Shown: positions 16,383-27,588 of the stretch, one piece after another | Layout of the letters: the number at the start of each line of letters is the position of its first letter | How positions within the stretch are numbered: position 1 is the first letter of the stretch | NCBI RefSeq assembly: GCF_000150275.1 | Contig: NW_002060960.1 | Location: forward strand, 431,702 to 495,701 | DNA: 64,000 nt | Direction: 5' to 3' | Source: Trichoplax adhaerens | Lineage: Eukaryota > Animalia > Placozoa | Notes under the pieces: generated by a model | Databases searched by the model: none | The model's input: only the letters and a program-made list of their open reading frames with translations | Told to the model about the DNA's origin: nothing | Translations under genes and position numbers: made by a program

Positions 16383-19300
16383 TTATTCATTATTGCTTAT
16401 ATTATCACGGCTGCATTCATCAGGATGATTGTGGTAATAAATTTGAAGTGATTTCTGAAACCTTGAACGAGCTTCTTCATGCTTGCCCTGATCATCATAG
16501 ATTTTTCCTATTTCGTAATACGATACACTAACATCGGGATGATTTTGGTCAAGCACTAATAATTGAATTTTCAGTGCTTTCTCACACATTGAAAGAGCTT
16601 CGTTATACCTCCCTTGACGAGAATAAATACTACCTAGATTACAATATGATTTAGCAATATCGGGATGATTATGATCAAGGATCAATAATTGAATTTGAAG
16701 TGATTTCTTATACATGGAAAGAGCTTCTTCATACTTGGACTGAAGATTATAAACGTTTCCTAGACTACCATATGATTTAGCAACATGAGGATGATTGTGA
16801 CCAAGAGCGGATAATTGAATTTGAAGCGATTTCTCGTACATTAAGATAGCGTCTTCATACTTCTTATCCTTTGCACAGACGAGTCCAACATTGCAGTATG
16901 TCAGGGCAACATTGTGATGATTGTCGCCATGGATTAATAACTGAATCTTAAGTGACTTCTCAAACATAGAAAGAGCTTCTTCAAGCTTATTTTTACGAGA
17001 ATAGACATTTCCTAGATTGTCATATGATGCAGCAATACTAGGATGGTTGAGATCAAGAATGGACAATTTAATTTTAAGCGAATCCTCATACTTAGATAGA
17101 GCTTCCTCATGCTTGCCCTGATGAATATAAGCGTTCCCTAAACTATCTAGTAACATGGCAACATCAGAATGATTTTGACCAAAGAATGACACTTGAATTT
17201 TAAACGATTTCTCGTACATAAAAATAGCCTCATCATACTTGCCCTGAAGATCATATACAGTCCCAATATTCTTATATAATCTGGCAATTTTAGGATGATG
17301 ATAACCAAAATTGAACAACTGAATTTTGAGTGATTTCTTGTACATAGAAATTGCTTCCTCATACTTACCCTGATCACCATATACAGCTCCCATATTGATA
17401 TATGTATCGGCAAGGGAGTGATGTTTGGAGCCAAGAACTGACAATTCAATTTTAAGCGATTTCTTAAACATAGAAATTGCTTGTTCATACTTGCCCTGAT
17501 TCCTATAGACAATTCCTAGATTGCCGTACGATGTAGCCACTTCGGGATGATTTTGATCAAAGGCTGATAATCTGATTTTAAGTGATTTCTGATGCATAGA
17601 AATTGCCTCTTCATACTTGCCTTGATCACTGTACACACTTCCCATGTTATTATAAGTTGCAGCAACATTGGAATGATTTTGACCAAGGACCGATATTTGA
17701 ATTTGGAGGCCTTTGTCAAACATAGAAATAGCCTTTTTAAGTTTATTCTGATAGTAATAAAGCCCTCCAAGGTTGTTATAGGATGCAGCAACGTCAGGAT
17801 GATGATGGCCTAGGACTGATAGTTGAATTTTTAATGCTTTCTCGTACATAGAGGTAGCATCGTTATACTTGCCTTGCTGAGTATAAACATTAGCTAGATG
17901 GCGGTATGATAGAGCAATATCGGGATGATTGTGATCGAAAATTGCCAATTGAATTTTGAGTGACTTCTCGTACATAGAAATAGCCTCTTTATGCTTACCC
18001 TGCTCTCTTTTAACAGTTCCAATGTTGTCGTAAGATGTTGCAACAAGAGAATGACGGTGACCAAGGATGGATAATTTAATTTTGAGTGACTTTTCATGCA
18101 TCGATATTGCTTCGTCATGATTGCTAAGATTGGAATAGGCAAGGCCGATGTTATTATATGTTGCAGCAACATCGAGATGATCGTGACCAAGAACGGATAA
18201 CTGAATTTTGAAGGACTTCTTATACATGGAAATAGCCTCCTCATACTTGGCCTGACGCAAATAGGTAAGACCAAGGTTATTATAAGATGCAGCAACATCA
18301 GGATGATTGCAACCAAAGACAGATAATTGAATATTTAATGATTTTTTATATAAAGAAATTGCCTCTTGATATTTGATTTGACTAGAATATACATTTGCTA
18401 GATTGTTGTAAGGTTTGACAAGATCGGGATGATTATGACCGAGGACTAATAATTGAATTTGGAGTGATTTCTCATACATACAAATAGCATTTTCATACTT
18501 GCCATAGTGAGCATAAACATTTCCTAAATTGCAATAGGATTTGGCAACATTGGGATGATTGTCACTAAAGACTGATAATTGAATTTTGAGTGATTTCTCC
18601 AACATAGGAATGGCCTCTTCATGCTTACCCTGATCATGATAGGCAAGACCAATGTTGTTATAGGATACAGCAATATCAGGATGATTATGTCCAAGGACCG
18701 ATTCTTTAATTTTGACTGATTTTTCATACATGGAAACAGCTTCTTCATGCTTGCTTTGAGCAGCATACGAGACTCCCAAGTTATTATAGGTTGCAGCAAT
18801 ACTGGGATGATTAGGATCAAGGATGGATAATTGAATTTTCAATGATTTCTGGTACATAGAAGTAGCCTCCTCATACTTGCCTTGATGCTTATACGCAGTT
18901 CCTATGTCGTTATAGGATGCAGCAATATCGGGATGGTTGTAGTCAAGGACAAACACTTGAATTTTTAAGGACTTCTCATACATGGCGATTGCCATTTCAT
19001 GCTTGCCTTGATCAATATAGACATTTCCTAGATTGCCGTATAATTTGGCCACATTTGAATGATGTTGACCATGAACCTTCAATAGAATTTTGAGCGATTT
19101 CTCGTACATAGCAATAGCTTCTTCCTGTTTGCCATGATCACGATATACATTTCCTAAATTGCCGTATGAATTGGCCACATCAGGATGGTCGTGGCTATGA
19201 ACGAACAATTTAATTTGGAGGGACTTTTTATGCATAGCAATAGCCTCTTCATATCTGCTCTGATGACTGTAAGCGATCCCAAGGTTGTTATAGGTTTTGG

Positions 19301-20225
19301 CAACATCGGGATGATGATGACCAAGGAGCGATAATTGAATTTTGATTGACTTCTTGTACATAGAAATTGCCTCTTCATACTTGGCTCGATCATTATATAA
19401 GGCTCCCATGTTGTTATAGGTGGCGGCAACATCGGGATGATGATGACCTAAGACTGATAATTGAATTTGAAGTGATTGTTTCAACATTGAAATAGCTTCT
19501 TCATGCTTGCTCTGATAAGCATAGCAATTTCCTAAATTGGCATAGGACGTAGAAATATCAGGATGATTGTGATCGAAGACGGCTAATTGAATTTTGAGCG
19601 ATTTGTTATACATAGAAATAGCCTCATCATGCTTGGCTTGATGACTATAAACGGCGCCCAGGTTGTTATAGATTGCGGCAACACTGGCATGATTATGACC
19701 ATAGATTGATAATTGAATTTTAAGCGACTTTTTAAACATAGAAAAAACGTCTTGATATTTACCTTGAGCAAAATAGACGAATCCTAATAGTTCATAAGAA
19801 TGGCTGATACCTAAATCGTTCCTGCCTACGCAACTTAATTTTAAATCCAGTGATTTCGTATAGTAATCTAATGCTTTACTCCAATCTTCTTGCATTCGTT
19901 TAATATCACCATGTCTATCTAAACATTGAGTAATGATGATTTGTTCTTGTGATTTTTCGGCAATTTCTCTTGCTTTCTCGTTGAATTCTTCCGCTTTCAT
20001 CCATTCACTTCTTCGTATATAAATCTCGCTAATAAGAAGACAGATATCGCTTTGAAATCGATAATAGTCTTCACTACATGCCAATATGGCTTGAAGGCTA
20101 TCCGAGAGTTGTGCGCAGCAAGAAATTGCTTCATTAAGATTATCAGATTGATGATTATTCACACCCTTTTCACATAGTAATTTTACTTCTTGAGGATTAC
20201 CGGACTTGACGGATTGGTTGTCCAT
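16383..20225 (-). CDS. Intronless tetratricopeptide-repeat protein (kinesin-light-chain/nephrocystin-3-like 42-aa TPR array)
   Basis: 1280-aa ORF made of about 28 tandem 42-aa units, consensus HPDVAxSYNNLGxVYxxQGKYEEAISMYEKSLKIQLSVLGHN, with 126-bp nucleotide periodicity. Confidence 0.93.
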   Translation of the reverse strand: MDNQSVKSGNPQEVKLLCEKGVNNHQSDNLNEAISCCAQLSDSLQAILACSEDYYRFQSDICLLISEIYIRRSEWMKAEEFNEKAREIAEKSQEQIIITQCLDRHGDIKRMQEDWSKALDYYTKSLDLKLSCVGRNDLGISHSYELLGFVYFAQGKYQDVFSMFKKSLKIQLSIYGHNHASVAAIYNNLGAVYSHQAKHDEAISMYNKSLKIQLAVFDHNHPDISTSYANLGNCYAYQSKHEEAISMLKQSLQIQLSVLGHHHPDVAATYNNMGALYNDRAKYEEAISMYKKSIKIQLSLLGHHHPDVAKTYNNLGIAYSHQSRYEEAIAMHKKSLQIKLFVHSHDHPDVANSYGNLGNVYRDHGKQEEAIAMYEKSLKILLKVHGQHHSNVAKLYGNLGNVYIDQGKHEMAIAMYEKSLKIQVFVLDYNHPDIAASYNDIGTAYKHQGKYEEATSMYQKSLKIQLSILDPNHPSIAATYNNLGVSYAAQSKHEEAVSMYEKSVKIKESVLGHNHPDIAVSYNNIGLAYHDQGKHEEAIPMLEKSLKIQLSVFSDNHPNVAKSYCNLGNVYAHYGKYENAICMYEKSLQIQLLVLGHNHPDLVKPYNNLANVYSSQIKYQEAISLYKKSLNIQLSVFGCNHPDVAASYNNLGLTYLRQAKYEEAISMYKKSFKIQLSVLGHDHLDVAATYNNIGLAYSNLSNHDEAISMHEKSLKIKLSILGHRHSLVATSYDNIGTVKREQGKHKEAISMYEKSLKIQLAIFDHNHPDIALSYRHLANVYTQQGKYNDATSMYEKALKIQLSVLGHHHPDVAASYNNLGGLYYYQNKLKKAISMFDKGLQIQISVLGQNHSNVAATYNNMGSVYSDQGKYEEAISMHQKSLKIRLSAFDQNHPEVATSYGNLGIVYRNQGKYEQAISMFKKSLKIELSVLGSKHHSLADTYINMGAVYGDQGKYEEAISMYKKSLKIQLFNFGYHHPKIARLYKNIGTVYDLQGKYDEAIFMYEKSFKIQVSFFGQNHSDVAMLLDSLGNAYIHQGKHEEALSKYEDSLKIKLSILDLNHPSIAASYDNLGNVYSRKNKLEEALSMFEKSLKIQLLIHGDNHHNVALTYCNVGLVCAKDKKYEDAILMYEKSLQIQLSALGHNHPHVAKSYGSLGNVYNLQSKYEEALSMYKKSLQIQLLILDHNHPDIAKSYCNLGSIYSRQGRYNEALSMCEKALKIQLLVLDQNHPDVSVSYYEIGKIYDDQGKHEEARSRFQKSLQIYYHNHPDECSRDNISNNE

Positions 20226-21329
20226 ATTTTAAATTGGATGATGCAGAAAATTTGATCAATTCGATACCAGACAATCTGTAGCTAATGTATAATTCAACTA
20301 TTCTGCTGTTAATAGGAATGGAAGGAAATTATGATAGCTGTTGAAGATGATTTTCCTATATGCTCAATCCACAACTTTATTATTGTTAATATCACTGTAT
20401 AGGTAAAAGAAAATCTTATAAACTACAGAAATTAGTGCCAGTAAGCCGTAGCGTTCCAGAATTTACTGACTGTAAAATAATCCTTCAAAGGCGTTTTCCC
20501 CTAGCATTTTATAGCTGAAAAAGATGAAAATATAATAATTAATATTGAAAAGTATCATGGGCACTCTACATGACTACGGTGGGTAACGAAGTACCATAAC
20601 AGTTAAAAGAATTGAATGATAAATGTGTTTCTAGAAGCGATATAATAAAATGTATTTACCGGTCGAATAAGACAAAATTTTTAAACACAACTACCAGTGC
20701 AAAAAGTAAACAAGAACGATCACTGCATATCCAGCCTCAACTACCAACAACATCCAGAGAAATGCTACGCGTAGAATAAAACAATTTATGAGCTGGGATA
20801 CTCTTCTTCTCAGTTCTGACAGGTATCATTTGGCAAATCCAACCTATAAGTTGAACTATGACACTACGTCTCTTTTTATGCTTTTCAGTTGGCTTCTACT
20901 TTAATGTAAAGTAGGGATAAAGTTATCCAATCAGACTTCAGCTTTATCTTATCCAGCTAAGCAACTATGCATGTGCTGCCACAAAGTTCAATTTATTACC
21001 ACCTACTCCAGATTTCCATACTCAATGACTAAGAATATTCCTATCATTCCTATCAAATTGGGAGACTCTCCTCACCAAATCCTCGACAGTCTACTCATCG
21101 AGTTCAATATTTGTCCATGTCGACTACCGGGATAATCATAACAAAATAAGATATCTAGTTACCAACTATACTGTATTTCGAAAATAATAATTATCAAAAT
21201 AAATCAATCTCTTGATTCAACGTATAAATAATGTTAAGTAGTCTAGACAAAAAAATAACATTAAGAATATTAATAATGAGCTACAAGTATAAAGAGGGCT
21301 TTTAAACTCTTCCTAAGATAGGAATCAAA

Positions 21330-21880
21330 ATTTCATGACTGTGAAGAGGCGAGTAGCTTTGACATCGAATCATAAATGATGTGATAATATATAACAAAAT
21401 ATACAGTATCGAGGAAGTGACCAGGCTAGTGCATCTGATCCAAACAAAAATAAGGCTAACATGATGGATTACGATCCATAACTAGTAATCTGTGAAGAAT
21501 GGATTTTAATTCTTCATTATAACGACATTGCAATTCCATGACAGTGAAGAGGCGAGTAACCTTGGCATCGAACTATAATTCTATGTGATACGATGGCATC
21601 GATTAAGAATATAAAGCGTCGAGCAAGTGGTCAGGAAGGTGTCCGACTAGTACATCTAATCTAGGCAAAAAGAACCCTAAGAATATTTACAACCATCTAT
21701 AACTAACTAATCTGTGTAAAGTGAGCTTTTAGCTCTTCCTTAGAAAGGAATAGCAATTACAAGATAGTGAAGAGGCAAGTAGCTTTGATATCGAATCAGA
21801 TAATCATAAGTGATGCGATAGCATACGTAAAAAATATGAAGTAAGTGGTCAGGAAGCTGTCTGGCTAGCCCATCTAGTTT
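21330..21880. repeat. Three degenerate ~205-225-bp tandem units
   Basis: 'gtgaagaggc(g/a)agta.c.ttg..atcgaa' at ~21341, 21544 and 21766, each followed by 'aagtg..cagg...ctag..catct'. Confidence 0.8.
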
Positions 21881-22309
21881 ACTTACGAAAAATGTAGAAT
21901 TTATTGTGCATAATTGGTTACTAAAGCAAACTATCATCAGTTAGATGCAATTACTGTTACAAAAATGAAATTTTATAAGACTTTTCACATTATGGAGTAT
22001 ACGCAGACTTTGACAGTTCTGTCCTCATCGTAATTAGCGAGGTTATGTTGCGTTAAAATCAGCAACTACTACAGCATCGACATGAAGTAAATGTGAATAC
22101 ATTCACCGGCAGTCTTGCTACCTAGGCTTTCTTAACTACGTCTTCCTACAGCTCTTAACCCTTGAATACTAGTGATAAATCACTGTAATAGTGTGATTTG
22201 TATCAGGATTAAATATTGTTTTGATGAAATATTAGCGCTAGGCTAGTTTGGTCTCGCGATTGTTGTTTATCTATGCCGATTAGATCTAGACTTGCTACGT
22301 CGCCAGGCA

Positions 22310-22735
22310 AGAATTGCCTACCTAGCGGGAGAAGAAGCTGCGAGCCTAGGGCCGAACCTGATTGGCTCTAAAAGGCCTTCAAACATTAGTCAGAAGGACG
22401 AAAACAAGCGATGGCTAGCGGCGGCAGAAGCTTATAGTAAAATGTTAATAAATGTTAGTTCCCGTGTGGGAATTTGTCTGTAAGAAATTTATTCAAAACA
22501 TGTTGACAAATAGATCAGACCCAGTAGTTTAAAGGGGTCTTGAAGGAAGAGCTAAGGCAGCCTCTCAGTATTGTTACGTTAAGAGTATGAGATTAGTTTT
22601 TTACGATAGATTATAGATTTTTTTTTATTGCTAATACCTGAGAACCTTTTAATACTATAATAAAGTTATTTTTATTCTCCGGCGTTCGGTCTCGGTGTTA
22701 CTGTGTACAATAGTCAAAGATTAGCTTGGAAGGAA
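22310..22735 (+). repeat. Dispersed ~430-bp repeat, copy 2
   Basis: Homologous to the reverse complement of 9835-10270. Carries ATTGG (22361), a TATA-like ttatagtaaaa (~22432) and AATAAA (22659). Confidence 0.75.
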
Positions 22736-25599
22736 CTATCATTACAATCACTTATTAGGGAAAATTGCAAACTGTAGCACAGATCCATTCCGATCCAATT
22801 TATTATGCTATCCAGCAAAGTTTGTAACCTTCGCCTAGTTTATACGCAACGTAATAGAGAAAAGGAATTGCAGCGCAATTATGAAGGATTTTTCATCTAT
22901 TTGCCAAGCGGTAACACTGTTTATCTACAGTAATGTGTAACTGGGCTACTCAATCATTTATTTTCTCTCCTCTGAAATGATATGAGGAATTGGACATATG
23001 AGCGATCTCTAATTGCGGCCAGGCAGTATGACTAAGTAACAAACACTTAAGGCCCTGAAAGGCCTTAATCTTCGATTTTCAACCGCGTACTTCTAGTTTA
23101 TTTTCCTTCTTCTTCAATATAATCTTTACTATAATTGGCAAAGTCAAACAATTACGATAATAAAATCAAGCTCGTCATTAATTAGTAATGATTTTATGAT
23201 TCTATTTTGTGTAGAAATTGAAATAATATTTCTGAATAAGTGCTGATCGTGTTTGGTAGTAATTCTCCTCTAGAGATTACAATAACCAATATCGAGGTAT
23301 TTAATAAAAGTACTGTACTGTAGTGATATATTTCACAATTTAGATGCTAACTAAGACTTAGCTATAATCAAGAACCCCCGTATCCATGATAAAAGTGCTC
23401 ACTATTAGTAATAAAATTTCACTAGGAAAACATAATCAAGGGACAAACTCGTTGAATTAAGATTCTAGCCATCTTTGAAGTAATATAATAAATGTCTGAC
23501 ATTGACATTTTGCATGTAAGAGTTAACTATAATATGCAAATTCTATAATATTATAGTCATCCGTTTAATTATTACTCGATTATTCATTAACTTTATGGAT
23601 GTCATCCATCATCTAGCTAGCTTAATTTACAAATTACCTCTAAACTGCCTCAATATAGTTATGAAGCTAATCTGTCCTTATTATAATTACTCCTCACAAG
23701 TTCGAGTATATTTATCCATTCCGACTCTATTAAATGACAAATAGAAGAACCATAAACAGTATTCGTTAAGATTCAGAAATGATGCCAGATATATATACAG
23801 TTAATAATGTATCAAATGCTGATAACAAAATATCTTTAGAAAAGACTTTTCATAGTTTCGACTTGTTTATTTCTAAGGCAATCTGAATTCTTGAATTTTG
23901 CTATAGCTATTACAGGCTTTTAGAACTTGAAATTGATTTTTTTACAATGAGTAGCATAGGCTAGTGAGTCTTTTTCGCTTGTAATTATGTGTCCAATATT
24001 CTTGACTTTACGTAAAATTAACCCTTTTCCATCTATAAAGAATATTATCAAAATTCTAATTAGAATAATAACGTAGTGCGGAGTCATACTAAAAATTATT
24101 CTATAAGATTTTTCTGCCACAAATACCGTATCTTTTATTTATTTCATTTCCGCATGGATCACCTTATAAAATCACACTTAAGGCTTTCTATCCGAGAAAG
24201 ACGAGTAACCCATGAAAATGAAATCTAATGTTTAATCTTTCAGTAGCAGTCAATAACTTGTTATAATTGTTGCACAGTTTCTCTCCGTCTAAATATGAAT
24301 CTCAGGTTTATCAAATGGTAGGACTATGTCTGGCTCAGGGTATCAAATCTTCATAATATCTAAAATGAAGGAGTAGTCGCAAGAATTCATGCTCCAAAAG
24401 TGTTTAATGCTACATTGGGAAATATTCTCTTCTTGAGTATAGCAGAAATGTTGGATTAATAATCAATCGTACACTTAATGCTTGAAAAGAAACGCTTTTT
24501 GTTTTAGTGTCGGACAATTTAATATTTTTAATCTATATTTTGCCCTTTATATTTATCTAATCAATTATAGCCTAAAATCTGGAGTAAGATGCAGCCAGTA
24601 CATCTACTGATGACAGCAAATTAAAACCAATTCATGGTATCTATATCACTACAGTAGTTCCATATGAGAATTTTTTACTGCTCATTTACTTAAGTTAATA
24701 ATAAAGTATAAACAATTTTTACAAGTGAATCAGGAGTAAATATTTGTTGTTAATATACAGCGTAGACACTTTTGTTGGATCACAGCCCTTGCCACCACAT
24801 ATGACGTAAAGTATAAAAAATCTAATAAAATTGCGATACGTGCAACAGCAAGCCTTCAAGTCTCCCTTTTCATCACATAAAGTCAATCATTACTGTAACA
24901 TGCATACTTATGATTTGAGATCATTTTTTAATTGTATCACAGCCTGATGATATTACTAGCATTTGATCCTGATATAACTGAATCAAATTAAGACTAAAAT
25001 CGATTTAAAACCTTCTATTTTCTTGAACGAGAATTTTTCACTTCCAATTTATAATGCAATCCATTTCTTCTTAGTGTTACAGCACGTAATACATCTCTGC
25101 GTTATATTGTATTTACTATCATTAAAATTGACTAATATGGATGATATTTTCGATTAAGAACTTTTACAGTATCCATTTAAAATTGTTTACAATCTTTAAT
25201 TAACTTTATATAGAATTTTTTTTACAAAATCTGTTTTTTGATTGCATGTTGACATCGTTGAGGATCCATTAAACTTTTTATCTTCAAATAAAATGAAGCT
25301 GATACCAATCTAGAAACGAATCACGGGATTAGTACTAACGCAAGCAAGTAAGAAATTCGCATTCGAATCGCAGTCATTTATCTATAGCAGAAGTAGGCAA
25401 TGGAAAACGCAGGACAAACCATTTCTGGATCGTCATTAGGTAATACTAGTTCAATGTCAAATCATCCTGTTCAGAAGAGGCCCTGCAAATGATAATTTTA
25501 TTCGTTTTTTGCCGGCGTGGATTCTAAACAGACTAACATTAAAGTGTTTGACGGGATATTGAAGGGAGAATTAATTCGTCACTTTTCTTTTTCCATATA

Positions 25600-26750
25600 T
25601 TTAGTTTAAAATTAATTATGAGTTACGTTACAGTCTTCTCGTCTTTTGAGCAATCTTTCATTAAAGTGATTTGGGTCTCACTCTATTTCAGTAAGAGCGT
25701 TAGAAATGAATCTTTAAGTAAAATATTCGTCTAGATATTTCTGCCCTATGTCGTTTATATGATTTTTTTTTATTATTCAATTTATCACCTAGATCGGATT
25801 AAATCATAATTCCCGAGCTAGAATCACTCCGTTTAGTAATGAACCCTTCAAAGCATTTTCAAATAGTTTTCTACCTTTTTAAATTTCAATTTGCGGTTCC
25901 GCGAAATCATTGAAATTGAATCATTAAATTATAATTATACATCAATTCACTCTCTATAGTACTATTTTTCTTTATTTCACCTAAGACGTAATCTTTAACT
26001 TAATTTTAAGTGATATGCAGTAATCCCTAGGGGGGCTACTTCGTTAAATAGTGGTCGCTAAAACGCCTTTTAAAAAGTCTTCTAACTTGGATTAAAAGCA
26101 TACCGTTTAAAATTTGAAAACAAACAATAATCGTTTATCTACTTCCTCTCCTTAACGTTTCCCAAATGATTGAATTTAACTCTACCTTTAATGCAAATCA
26201 TCAGCAGAATTATTACGGCACTCCCTTAAATAATTGGTCGTTAAAATGATTTCCTAACTGGCTTTCCTAATTGTGGATTCTTAGCATTTTCGTAACGATA
26301 TTTAAGATGAATCTTTAAGATAGAGTATCCGTCATTCACTTCTGAACTTTATGTCATACTTTCAATTTAAACGATACTTCAATTAAATTGTAACCATCTT
26401 CGAGTGGTTTTCTCTAATGATACTCTAGAAAAATCTTTAAGACAGAATGTTCATCAACTAGCTTTTGTACTTTATTTGGTATTTTCAGCTTAAACAATAC
26501 TTTCAATATCAACCGTATTCAAGCTGTTCACGCTAGTGATGTAATGTTTAAAATCTTATCAGTTTAAGGGATGTTACTTGATTATAATCTGAAAGAGCAA
26601 TAGTAAAAGATTTTATAATGTGGTCATTATGATAATATTCACTATGAAACATGGATCTTACGTATAATGCAGACGAATACCGAAAAGAGATTGGGTACTC
26701 ATCCTTTTTATGCTTCAACGCAATTCCTCTTCTACTCATTTTCTTCTATG
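25600..26750 (-). pseudogene. Possible decayed repeat-protein (LRR-like) coding sequence
   Basis: Repeated segments (aatctttaag... at ~25709, 26310, 26432) translate on the minus strand to related peptides broken by stops and frameshifts: LKVLFKLKIPNKVQKLVDEHSVLKIF and IEVSFKLKV*HKVQK*; also IALSDYNQVTSLKL and GEIKKNSTIESEL. Confidence 0.3.
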
Positions 26751-27588
26751 TACAAATCTTAATTGCCATAAGGATCATTAAAATACTAAGCTGCTTTAAT
26801 AGATTCACGAGTTCTCTATTTTTCAGCCATATTGACTCAAGGCTTCCCGTAATTATTAACAGTGGTCGATATCATTCGCAATGGTAGCGAAGACTACGTA
26901 GATTTGTCTGGTTATAACACAGTCTCAATCTCCTAGAATGGTTTTGAGAAGTGAACAATTCTTCTTACTTTCTTTCATGCCGTATATGAACTCAAGACTC
27001 ATAATATGTAATGATCGGAGTTTTAATTCACTTTGGTGGAATAGTATTCTATTGCATGGCTACTATGTACTATCCCGATAATACCGAAAAGGTTATAGTT
27101 TCGACCATACATGTCTAATAGTTAGAGAAAACCTGTAGATACCCCCATTTCTTACTTATCTGTGGTAATATTCTTTTAGTAACTACTAGATAGTGATTAT
27201 AGCTCGTAGATTGCTAAGACATACTGTGAATAATTATAAGCAGAAAATTTCAGACGTTACGTACTGTATTAGGTTACGAGTTTTATAAAATTAGGTCAAG
27301 GGAGTGCAGTTACTTTCACCATGTACAGATAACATCCATGAAAAGTAATATCAGCTATGCTCATTATTACGACTTGGCATGATTACAACCAAATTAGAAT
27401 TCCATGATTAGAATAGTATTAAATAATGCTCGATTTTGTGGTAGAGAAATGCGATTCTTCTACTGATGTTGTAATATTATAAGAAACAGACTATAACTCA
27501 GTTTTCTTATTCAAACTGAAATCTCTAAGTGCTCGTTACAACATTTCGTCAAAATATTGATCAGCTAAATCTTAATAAATTTAATTAG

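Noticed and set aside
17147-19771. Several 60-140-aa ORFs overlapping the TPR gene
   Set aside because: Alternate-frame shadows of the 126-bp repeat, with no independent coding signal.
23047-23068. Palindrome ttaaggcc-ctgaaa-ggccttaa resembling a histone 3' stem-loop on the minus strand
   Set aside because: Two bases short of the 6-bp stem/4-nt loop consensus, and no histone CDS is adjacent.
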